Below are positions 56,119-64,000 of a stretch of 64,000 nt of DNA, piece after piece. The DNA lies in IMG/VR virus record IMGVR_UViG_3300030090_005562, positions 64,001 to 128,000 of that record; one strand, 5' to 3'. The notes beneath the pieces were generated by a model. The model was not told where the DNA came from and did not search any database. It saw nothing but the letters and a program-made list of their open reading frames with translations. Position numbers and translations under genes: made by a program. The DNA comes from a virus. Each line of letters begins with the position of its first letter. The first letter of the stretch is position 1.

Positions 56119-58365
56119 ATGAAAATCGCACAGGATTACGGTAAGACTAGGACAAGTGGGGCAGTAGTAAAGGGTTCGTTCACTATGGACGAATCACCAG
56201 AGGCGTTCGAGATTCTTTCGGACGGTCTTTATCCAAACAAAATCAAAGCGGTTGTGCGTGAGTTATCCACAAACGCTGTAGAGTCTCATATCACCAGACA
56301 TAAACAGCTTACTGGTGAGGAAATTACAAAAGAGGTCATCGACTCTCTGCCACAGTTTGAGATTCATCTTCCGACGACTATGGAACCTCATTTCTCTATA
56401 CGAGATTTTGGTACGGGTCTTAGTCACGATGACATTATGAATATGTACACAACGTATTTTCGTTCTACCAAACGAGATACGAATGATGTTGGAGGATGCT
56501 TGGGTCTAGGTTCCAAGTCTCCCTTTGCATACTCAGATAACTTCAGCGTAGTCAGCGTTCACAAGGGGCGCAAGACCTGTTACAATCTGACGATTGACAA
56601 TGGGTATCCCACTCCATCGTTTTTCGCCAACGAAGATGGTAGTCCGGTATCTGAGGAAACAAGCGAACCAGATGGTCTGCTCATTACCATACCATGCAAG
56701 TCCTCTGACGAGTATGAATGGGAGAATGAGGCACAGATAATCTACAAATACTTCCGTATCAAGCCGAAGTTTATCGGTAAGCAAGTACATATTCATTCTC
56801 CAGAATATATTGTAGAAGGTAATGGTTGGGGTATTCGAGAGCGTGACCACAAGGGACCGCGAGCTATCATGGGTAGCATCGCATACCCCATCAGTCGTAC
56901 CTCGATTAAATGTTGGGATGATACGGACAAAAAAGATTCTAGCCTTGAGTCTATACTGCGAGCAGACATTGACTTGTACTTTCCACTTGGAGTATTAAAG
57001 ATTACTCCCAGTCGTGAGGCACTTGGCTACAAACCGTCTACCCAGAAGAACATCAAGGCTAAGTTGACCTCTGTGTATGACGAATTAAGAGAGCAGGTGA
57101 GTACGTCTTTCGATGAGTGTCAGAGTCTATGGCAGACTCGTTGCCTCGCCAATGAGTTATTCTATATGGGTAATGCCGCACTACGTTCTGTAGACAACGT
57201 GTTCGATGTTGCTGCTGTTAAATGGAATGGTAAAGAGATTGGTGGGCGTGACGTTAATCTGAGAGATTTCCGTGGCTCAGTACACAGGTTTTACCTTAAA
57301 TCCTACTATAGTCAGGAGGATAAGTGTCACCACCAGAGGGACTTCACATACCTCATGGCAAATCCAGAGATTACATTCATCGAGGCAGATTTGAATGTGG
57401 GTAACTTTGCCAGGGCGAGACATGCCGTAAAGTCTGGAAAATATACAGAGGCAGTTGTTCTGGAATATAATGCCGGTAACGGCAGACGAAAGGCTTTATT
57501 AGACAAGATAGGGATTCTAGAGTCTGACATTGTGAAAGCCTCTGAGCTTGAGCGTCCACCGAAACGTGCGAAGAACAGCGGTGGAGGATTCAGTTCTGGT
57601 AAGACTGGTCAACTGTTCAAGATGACTCCAAGGCTCGGTGGTCACAACAAGAATGACTACTGGCAAGAAGAAACTGTAGACCTAAGCGAGGGCGGCATAT
57701 ATGTTGAAATGACAAGATGGGATGCCAAGGACGATACCGGCGACCTTATTGAGCCATCGGATGTAGCAGAAGGTATAATCAAACTCCAAAAGTGTACCGG
57801 CAAAAAGGTCAAGGTCTATGGTTGTCGTAGCCAAATGGCAAAAGAGTTTGTCGAGGCAGATAACTGGGAGGACTGGTGGACATACTCTCAGCGTGAAGGC
57901 GAGGCAGTCTTTAAGACTAAAAATGCCAAACACGCTCAGATTGCATCAATAATTAGCGAACTTGGCGAAGAACAACTGCTCAGAGACTTGCTTGAGAATG
58001 TAAGTCTTAACAGAAGGGTTCCTAGCCCAATGGTTGATTTGCTCAAGGATTTCAAAAAGATGGACGAGTCAAACGAGATTCTTGAGAAGCAGGGTGTGTC
58101 TTGGGGTGCTATCGTAGGTCTATCTGTGATTCTGAACATCAAGATGCCGTCCGTACCTGAGAGAATGAACCTCAAGTCTAGGTGCGAGGCTATCCTGCAA
58201 GAATACCCGATGGTGGTCGCGGCGTATGAGTCTGCCGGTCGATATTACTACGGACAAGGCTGGAAGAAGAATTTTCTGAGCAGCACAAACTGCAAGAAGA
58301 TGATGGGTGACTATGTTAAGCTGGTTGACGACAATCGAGAATGTCAGAAGGGCTTGACAAAGTAG
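56119..58365 (+). CDS. rIIA: rIIA-like protein (GHKL ATPase N-terminus)
   Basis: AVVRELSTNA, IRDFGTGLS, STKR, GCLGLGSKSPFAYSD; adjacent to an rIIB-like gene. Confidence 0.85.
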   Translation: MKIAQDYGKTRTSGAVVKGSFTMDESPEAFEILSDGLYPNKIKAVVRELSTNAVESHITRHKQLTGEEITKEVIDSLPQFEIHLPTTMEPHFSIRDFGTGLSHDDIMNMYTTYFRSTKRDTNDVGGCLGLGSKSPFAYSDNFSVVSVHKGRKTCYNLTIDNGYPTPSFFANEDGSPVSEETSEPDGLLITIPCKSSDEYEWENEAQIIYKYFRIKPKFIGKQVHIHSPEYIVEGNGWGIRERDHKGPRAIMGSIAYPISRTSIKCWDDTDKKDSSLESILRADIDLYFPLGVLKITPSREALGYKPSTQKNIKAKLTSVYDELREQVSTSFDECQSLWQTRCLANELFYMGNAALRSVDNVFDVAAVKWNGKEIGGRDVNLRDFRGSVHRFYLKSYYSQEDKCHHQRDFTYLMANPEITFIEADLNVGNFARARHAVKSGKYTEAVVLEYNAGNGRRKALLDKIGILESDIVKASELERPPKRAKNSGGGFSSGKTGQLFKMTPRLGGHNKNDYWQEETVDLSEGGIYVEMTRWDAKDDTGDLIEPSDVAEGIIKLQKCTGKKVKVYGCRSQMAKEFVEADNWEDWWTYSQREGEAVFKTKNAKHAQIASIISELGEEQLLRDLLENVSLNRRVPSPMVDLLKDFKKMDESNEILEKQGVSWGAIVGLSVILNIKMPSVPERMNLKSRCEAILQEYPMVVAAYESAGRYYYGQGWKKNFLSSTNCKKMMGDYVKLVDDNRECQKGLTK

Positions 58366-58429
58366 AGTAGTCTAGTATAATATAGAGTTAGTAAAGTATT
58401 AACAGTTTTTTATGAGGGAGATTTAGGAT

Positions 58430-59281
58430 ATGTTGAATTACATTTGTTCAGCGAACGGAAACATCACCATCTCGTTTGATGGTCAAGTCAAGTGTGTAGC
58501 GAATGACCATGCGAATTATCGCAAGGTAGTCGAGGCACTCAAGAAGAATGATAAGGAGGCTCTTGGCGAGGCTCTGAACATTCAGAAGGCAGTCTCACAG
58601 TACATCGGGTCTAGCGATGTTGAAGTCAAGGATGGGTGCGTCTTTTATCGAGGCGAACAAGTCAGAGGCTACATCGTGGACCGGATTCTCGCTCAGATGC
58701 GAGCAGGGTTCGGATACGAACCAATGTGTGCGTTTCTTGAGAATATGTACGACAATCCTTCACCGGCATCGGTGGAGCAGTTGTTCAAGTTTCTTGAGGA
58801 CAACGGACTTGTTCTCACAGATGATGGATGTTTCCTCGCCTATAAATATGTAGATAAGGGCGAAGATGGAAAGTTCTATGCTAATTGGGCAAATAAGGAT
58901 GGCACTCACAACGAGTCCGGTCCTGGCTCAGTGGTTCGTATGCCAAGGTCTGAGGTTGAGCATGACCCTTCAAAGAGTTGCGCCCCTGGACTTCACGTTG
59001 GCAGCATGGAGTATGTCCAGCACAGTCAATGGGTGATGACCTGCAAGGTCAATCCCAAGCATGTGGTCAGCGTTCCCGACCATGAGTCTGGCAAGATGCG
59101 TACTTGTCAGTATGAGGTAATCGAGGTCAACGAGAATAAAGAGGCCAAACAAGGTCTTATCTACTCAAATGACCTTGGACGTAGCGAACACGCACCCGAT
59201 GTTGATTACGAAACTAATGACCATTGGGATTATGATGGTGACGATTACGATGGATTCTGGGACGACGAGTACGACTACTAA
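58430..59281 (+). CDS. rIIB: rIIB-like protein
   Basis: LTDDGCFLAYK, VRMPRSEV, CAPGLHVG, KVNPKHVVSVP, KMRTCQYEV. Confidence 0.88.
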   Translation: MLNYICSANGNITISFDGQVKCVANDHANYRKVVEALKKNDKEALGEALNIQKAVSQYIGSSDVEVKDGCVFYRGEQVRGYIVDRILAQMRAGFGYEPMCAFLENMYDNPSPASVEQLFKFLEDNGLVLTDDGCFLAYKYVDKGEDGKFYANWANKDGTHNESGPGSVVRMPRSEVEHDPSKSCAPGLHVGSMEYVQHSQWVMTCKVNPKHVVSVPDHESGKMRTCQYEVIEVNENKEAKQGLIYSNDLGRSEHAPDVDYETNDHWDYDGDDYDGFWDDEYDY

Positions 59282-59297
59282 ACAAATCTCTCCCTCT

Positions 59298-59342
59298 GGG
59301 TTGGGGGTGGGCTTGATAACACCCGCCCCCTTCCCTATTTTT
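59298..59342 (+). terminator. Rho-independent terminator
   Basis: GGGGGTGGG/CCCGCCCCC stem with a T-run. Confidence 0.65.
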
Positions 59343-59356
59343 ATAAGGAAACAGCT

Positions 59357-59722
59357 ATGCCAAGACCAATAAAAAAACATAAATACTATGTCAAGTGCGG
59401 TCAATTAGAGAAGTGGGTGATTGCATACGACGAGATAAACGCAGCGGTAGTCACGCTGATGAACGCGCCTGGGGAAACTATGCTTGACCCATACTACTTC
59501 TTTGTTAGCAAAAACTACCATGCGAATGTCGAGGACAGATACTTCCAAGACAATCCGATGAAGAAAGAAGATTTGAAAGACGTACATATTGTGCAGACAG
59601 ACGATGTTCTTGAGATGTGCAATATGATTACTGAGGAAGCTGACGAGTTCTATCTGAAAGATATGAACAACGAGGACGATGATAACGGTTGGGCCGATGA
59701 TAGGTCTAACGAAGAATTTTAA
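59357..59722 (+). CDS. Hypothetical protein
   Basis: AAGGA RBS, 121 aa. Confidence 0.55.
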   Translation: MPRPIKKHKYYVKCGQLEKWVIAYDEINAAVVTLMNAPGETMLDPYYFFVSKNYHANVEDRYFQDNPMKKEDLKDVHIVQTDDVLEMCNMITEEADEFYLKDMNNEDDDNGWADDRSNEEF

Positions 59723-59732
59723 CCAAGGAAGG

Positions 59733-60074
59733 ATGAATATGAAACGTATTCTGCTTATTATGTCTCTGGCGATTGCAGGTCTGGCGTTTAGCCAAACCGC
59801 ACAAGCGTTCGGAGGCAGAGAAGTGGAGGTTACTAAAGAATACATCGTAGACCAATGCGGTTACGTTGTAGGTCGCAAGGTGACAAGGGTTGTGACAGTG
59901 GCAAGGCCGCGACCGTTACGCTCTGTGTGCGAGTGTGTTGAAGGTGCAGTCGAATATGTCTGCCGACCACTGGTACGTTGCTGCGAGAGGACAAAGACAG
60001 TTGTAGTCGAAAAGAGTTGTTGTCAGCCCCCTCGACGACAAGTCTGGCGAGCCTGCGATTGTGGATGCAAGTAA
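59733..60074 (+). CDS. Secreted Cys-rich protein
   Basis: Signal peptide ending AQA, then multiple Cys (CEC, CC, CC, CDCGC). Confidence 0.6.
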   Translation: MNMKRILLIMSLAIAGLAFSQTAQAFGGREVEVTKEYIVDQCGYVVGRKVTRVVTVARPRPLRSVCECVEGAVEYVCRPLVRCCERTKTVVVEKSCCQPPRRQVWRACDCGCK

Positions 60075-60087
60075 TCTTTACTTATTC

Positions 60088-60121
60088 GGGAGAGTGTGCT
60101 TCATGCGCCTCTCCCTTTTTT
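60088..60121 (+). terminator. Rho-independent terminator
   Basis: GGGAGAG/CTCTCCC stem followed by a T-run. Confidence 0.75.
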
Positions 60122-60138
60122 ATTAAGAAAGGAATCTT

Positions 60139-60645
60139 ATGAATTTTTTATTTGACATAATAGGTTTAATCTGCGTATACTTAATTGCGACACTTGGAGA
60201 CTCGACATTACCAGAGCCTGTAACAAAAAAGATATTAACAATCAAGGACAACTTGACGATTAAGAGTATGTGCGATGAGAGTAACAGGATAAGGTCAGAA
60301 GCAGGTAAACCTCGCCATGAGCTTAGTCAAGAACTATGTAGCGCAGCACAAGGACACGCAGAGTATATGGCAGAGCATGCAAATATGTCTCACTATGTTA
60401 ATGGTTCTCCAAGTAGTCGGGCGAAAGATGCTGGCTGGAGTGGAGGCTTTGTTACAGAGAATATAGCTTGCGGCCAGAGAAATGTCAAGAGTGTATTTAG
60501 TGTGTGGCGAAACTCAGGAGGTCACTATGCTAACATGACCGGAAGATATGATAGATGTGGGTTTGGGATGTCGAGGCGAGGTAATATGATTTACTGGTGT
60601 GCCGTCTATGCTAGGTCAATACCGGCACTTGACAAAAAGAAATAG
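60139..60645 (+). CDS. CAP/SCP-domain protein
   Basis: NRIRSEAG...AAQGHAEYMA..MSH...ENIA...WRNSGGHYANM. Confidence 0.85.
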   Translation: MNFLFDIIGLICVYLIATLGDSTLPEPVTKKILTIKDNLTIKSMCDESNRIRSEAGKPRHELSQELCSAAQGHAEYMAEHANMSHYVNGSPSSRAKDAGWSGGFVTENIACGQRNVKSVFSVWRNSGGHYANMTGRYDRCGFGMSRRGNMIYWCAVYARSIPALDKKK

Positions 60646-60693
60646 TCTGGTATAATGATGGGGTCGATGAATTAGTTTTAACGGGAGAGATTT

Positions 60694-61095
60694 ATGAAAG
60701 GCAAAAAGACTTGCCCAAAGTGTCAAACGATGACGGGACCACGCACAAAGATTTGCAAGAAGTGCGGTTATCATTTTGTGTTTAAGTTCAGAGGGCGTAA
60801 GGTAAAGACGAACGAATTAAAAGACTGGAAGTCACTCAAGAGAGGCGATGTAGTCAAATCAATTCAGGGTTATGGTCCGTACTGGATTAACGAAGATGGC
60901 GAGAGAGAGTCGCTGGGATACTACGGTCTTTTTAAAGTTAGATATGTAGAGGACGATGGAATAGGCGCGTATCCCTACGGCACTAAGCAGAGACATGGAG
61001 GGTTTCACTTTCTCTACATGGGTAAAGAAAAGCAGTCTATAACAGGTGGAGTAAGCCGTTCACATAAGCTGGAGATTGTTAAATGCCAAAACTAA
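60694..61095 (+). CDS. Zinc-ribbon protein
   Basis: KTCPKCQ..GPRTKICKKCGYHF. Confidence 0.65.
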   Translation: MKGKKTCPKCQTMTGPRTKICKKCGYHFVFKFRGRKVKTNELKDWKSLKRGDVVKSIQGYGPYWINEDGERESLGYYGLFKVRYVEDDGIGAYPYGTKQRHGGFHFLYMGKEKQSITGGVSRSHKLEIVKCQN

Positions 61096-61583
61096 TTGAG
61101 CCTGACAAAGTACAAGTGAATCCTGTGTACGTGTGCAAATCTTGCAAGTCAAGTCATTATGAGAGTATTGACTACGTTAATAAAATAGGCAAGATATTGT
61201 GCTACTGTGGAGAAGTAATACACCTTAGACCCATATCAAGTTTTAGGGTTAAGCCTGTTTACGTTGACGTAAGAAAGATAGAAAAGAAAAAAGACTTCAT
61301 TGATATTGAAACAGAATACGAAGAAGACGACTTTTCATCAGACGAGATTGGGTTCGCAGACGATGAGCCTGTTGCGGCACCACCTGTGACGCAAGAAAAG
61401 GACAAGCCTTTGTTTTCAGACGAAGAATTTCTTGATAGGTCAATTGATTTTCTTGTGTCTCTGGGATATAAGAAAAAAGAGGCCCGCTCAGTAATTGATA
61501 GGCGTTCAAGAGTGTTTAGTGACACTCCCATAAATGAGGATAACTTTGAAGACTTTGCAAAGTTTCTTTTATTTGAGAGGTAA
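61083..61583 (+). CDS. Zinc-finger protein with a RuvA C-terminal-like helical domain
   Basis: CKSC and CYC, acidic linker, then SIDFLVSLGYKKKEARSVI. Confidence 0.55.
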   Translation: MPKLIEPDKVQVNPVYVCKSCKSSHYESIDYVNKIGKILCYCGEVIHLRPISSFRVKPVYVDVRKIEKKKDFIDIETEYEEDDFSSDEIGFADDEPVAAPPVTQEKDKPLFSDEEFLDRSIDFLVSLGYKKKEARSVIDRRSRVFSDTPINEDNFEDFAKFLLFER

Positions 61584-61701
61584 CAATGACTATAATTATG
61601 AAGATTGCTGTGTGGCTTGGCATATTAGTTGGAGCCTATCAGCTTTGGAAGGGAAGAAAAAACCCAATTCAGTTTGAAGAAAAAACTATAAAGATAGAAA
61701 T

Positions 61702-62865
61702 ATGAACATATCACAAGATACAAAATTAGACTTCTCAGACGTTCTATTAACTCCCGCATGGTCTATCAATGCGTCTAGGTCTGACGTAAACATGGAGCGT
61801 GTATTTAATGGATTCTACCACTCAGACAAAGAGTGGAAAGGTTTGCCCATTATGATTGCAAACATGGACACCACAGGAACATATCCTATGTGGGATGAAA
61901 TCCATAAATGGGATGCGATAGTCTGCCTAGACAAAAGGTATAACATATACAGATATGCAGACTCTCCAGGCCCACAGTTGATAGAGAGATATGTCAAGGC
62001 TAACGAGCTAATGTCCAGAACAGGTTGGATAAGCACAGGGATTACTGAGCCTGATATAAAGAGGATGGAAGAATTAAGCTATGTGTCCAATTACAGAATC
62101 CGTCCAGGCGAAGAAGTCTGCTTATCAAAGAGACCTGACCCACAAAACAGGAGGGTCCATGCTATTCAGCCGAGTATCTGCGTAGATGTTGCAAACGGTT
62201 ACTCTCAGTATTTTGTAGAGAAGGTGGAGTACATACGCTCTCTATTTCCTAATTCAATAATTATGGCTGGCAACGTAGTCACACCAGAGATGGTATTAAA
62301 ACTAATTCATGCCGGTGCAGATATAGTCAAGATAGGCATAGGGCCAGGGAGTGTTTGTACCACCAGATTAAAAACAGGCGTTGGTTATCCTCAGTTCTCT
62401 GCTATCGTCGAGTGCGCTAATGCTGCACACGGAATCAAGAATCCAGACAACGGTAGAGTAGGAAGAATATGTGCTGATGGAGGATGTACTACCACAGGAG
62501 ATATTTGCAAGGCACTTGGGGCCGGAGCAGACTTTGTAATGATTGGAGGCATGGTTGCTGGAACCGACCAATGCAACGGAAAGTGGAGTACAGATATAGC
62601 TGTAGGAAAAAAAGTATTTCAGTTCTATGGGATGTCGTCTTACGAGGCCCAAGACAAATATGATAGCAGAAAGAAACACAGAACGAGCGAAGGAAAGCTC
62701 GTAGAGATTCCAGCGAAAGGGTGCGTCAGCACTGTCATGCAAGACATAGTTGGTGGAATAAGAAGTTGTTGTGCGTACATCGGAGCCACCAGTATAAAAG
62801 ATATTCATCGATGTGCAAACTTTGTTCGAGTTAATAATACACATAATAAGATTTTTGGAGGTTGA
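61702..62865 (+). CDS. guaC: GMP reductase
   Basis: KLDFSDVLL, IMIANMDTTGT, CVDVANGYS, KIGIGPGSVCTTR..TGVGYPQ, CADGG, FYGMSS, RTSEGK. Confidence 0.93.
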   Translation: MNISQDTKLDFSDVLLTPAWSINASRSDVNMERVFNGFYHSDKEWKGLPIMIANMDTTGTYPMWDEIHKWDAIVCLDKRYNIYRYADSPGPQLIERYVKANELMSRTGWISTGITEPDIKRMEELSYVSNYRIRPGEEVCLSKRPDPQNRRVHAIQPSICVDVANGYSQYFVEKVEYIRSLFPNSIIMAGNVVTPEMVLKLIHAGADIVKIGIGPGSVCTTRLKTGVGYPQFSAIVECANAAHGIKNPDNGRVGRICADGGCTTTGDICKALGAGADFVMIGGMVAGTDQCNGKWSTDIAVGKKVFQFYGMSSYEAQDKYDSRKKHRTSEGKLVEIPAKGCVSTVMQDIVGGIRSCCAYIGATSIKDIHRCANFVRVNNTHNKIFGG

Positions 62866-62866
62866 T

Positions 62867-63226
62867 ATGGGATGTTGTGGAGGTGGCGCCGAAACTGTTA
62901 CACTGGATGCTTACCAGGAGATTTCTAATCTAACGGCTATTTATCCAAACAAGGGGAGCAATATGTCTTATCCCGCACTTGGATTGTGTGGTGAGGCAGG
63001 AGAAATAGCAAATAAAGTAAAGAAGATTTATCGTGACCATGACGGAGTTCTTACTCAGGAATATAGAGAAATTCTTTCCGCTGAACTTGGCGATGTTCTG
63101 TGGTATGTCGCAGCCATTGCATCCGAATTGGATGTAAGCCTCGGAGAAATAGCATTAAGCAATGTAGATAAACTAGCCGACCGTCAAGCAAGAAATAAAT
63201 TAGGCGGCGATGGCGACAAACGATAG
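62867..63226 (+). CDS. MazG-like NTP pyrophosphohydrolase
   Basis: YPALGLCGEAGEIANKVKK...ELGDVLWY...GDGDKR. Confidence 0.9.
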   Translation: MGCCGGGAETVTLDAYQEISNLTAIYPNKGSNMSYPALGLCGEAGEIANKVKKIYRDHDGVLTQEYREILSAELGDVLWYVAAIASELDVSLGEIALSNVDKLADRQARNKLGGDGDKR

Positions 63227-63260
63227 ATTGACAAAGCAACGTATCATGCTATCATAATAT

Positions 63261-63854
63261 ATGAATAGACTATTTGGAATGAGAACCTATCTAGTCGGAG
63301 CAATGGATAGGGTTGAAGATGGCGGTGTGGAATGGAGAGAGCGACTAGAGCCTGAGTTAAATAAATTAGGCGTGGTTGTTTTCAATCCATGCAATAAAGC
63401 TATACCCATAGCTGACGAGAGCGAGGACTCTAGGAACAGAAGGCAGAAGTATAAAAATGCTGGCGCCTATAATTCTGCCGTAGAGGAAATGAAAGAGATT
63501 AGGAATGTTGACCTGAGAATGGTTGACATATCTGATTTTATCATAGCAAACATAGACCTCGATGTTCATGCCTGCGGAACCTATGAAGAAATAGTGACCG
63601 CAAACAGGCAGAAGAAACCTATCATAGTCAGAATGAAGCAAGGCAAGTCTCATACCCCAGATTGGCTACTTGGAATGATGGGTTCTTCTCACAACATGAT
63701 TTTCCACACTTGGGAAGAAATTGTGGACTACCTCAAAGATATAAATGAGTGTTCTGAAAACAGTATCCGTAGTCTGAACCATCACGGTAGGTGGGTATTC
63801 TTTGACCTTCATTCTTTATATGACAAGGTGCTAAATGGTGTAGGGATAGTATGA
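63261..63854 (+). CDS. Nucleoside 2-deoxyribosyltransferase-like protein
   Basis: TYLVGAM, WR, VFNP, DLRMVDISD, GTYEEI, KP. Confidence 0.75.
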   Translation: MNRLFGMRTYLVGAMDRVEDGGVEWRERLEPELNKLGVVVFNPCNKAIPIADESEDSRNRRQKYKNAGAYNSAVEEMKEIRNVDLRMVDISDFIIANIDLDVHACGTYEEIVTANRQKKPIIVRMKQGKSHTPDWLLGMMGSSHNMIFHTWEEIVDYLKDINECSENSIRSLNHHGRWVFFDLHSLYDKVLNGVGIV

Positions 63855-64000
63855 ACAACAATATGGGGAGAAATAGAGGCATCCTTTCTGTTACTTCGGA
63901 TGCCAAGGCTCTAATCGCTAAAATAGATAAGCTGATTGAAAAGATAGACGTAAATGGGCTAAGAATAAAGGTCGTTAAAATCTGGCCCCTAACACTTGAC
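63851..64000 (+). CDS. Hypothetical protein, partial (runs off the window end)
   Basis: ATGA overlap with the previous stop; open to base 64000. Confidence 0.4.
   Translation, partial: MNNNMGRNRGILSVTSDAKALIAKIDKLIEKIDVNGLRIKVVKIWPLTLD

Noticed and set aside
1-64000. Stop-codon reassignment, introns/inteins, reverse transcriptase (DGR or retron), transposase or integrase
   Set aside because: Long genes are intact in the standard code, all three stops are used at gene ends, terL and the capsid gene are uninterrupted, and no RT, DDE or recombinase motifs were seen.

Overview
This window is 64 kb of a large tailed dsDNA phage with a siphovirus-like gene set (tail tube and a 2374-aa tape measure, no sheath seen), read in the standard genetic code. 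The host is unknown. Cys-rich secreted proteins and a CAP-domain protein weakly suggest Planctomycetota. (1) Bases 1-31.4k carry a minus-strand virion and packaging module: sigma factor, probable small terminase, gmd, ERCC4-type nuclease, large terminase, portal, protease/scaffold, decoration protein, major capsid protein, neck proteins, tail tube, chaperones and tape measure. A repeated TGGTGTATA motif precedes several of these late units. (2) Bases 31.4-37.3k are plus-strand and include a modular basic protein plus a glycosylation cluster (glf, DUF3431-like, and a close homologue of the eukaryotic polypeptide GalNAc-transferase catalytic domain). (3) Bases 37.5-48.4k are an early region cut into cassettes by nine copies of a strictly spaced 79-bp tripartite palindromic element (27-bp box, 6 bp, 13-bp GC palindrome, 6 bp, 27-bp box). 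Each copy sits between the end of one set of small genes and the promoter of the next. Most promoters here, and several further right, are composites: sigma70 boxes interleaved with a sigma28/FliA-like TMAAG-N15/16-GnCGATA motif. A symmetric repeat complex lies at 40.1-40.5k. (4) Bases 48.4-49.6k hold tRNA-Arg(UCU), a rare tRNA-Ile(UAU), two structured small-RNA candidates and phased 11-bp repeats. (5) Bases 50-64k carry DNA repair glycosylases, a kinase-like gene, a sulfotransferase, rIIA/rIIB, guaC, MazG and a deoxyribosyltransferase-like gene. The best candidates for an undescribed system are the 79-bp cassette-delimiting element and the dual-sigma promoters. All family calls come from motif recognition by eye; no database searches were run.
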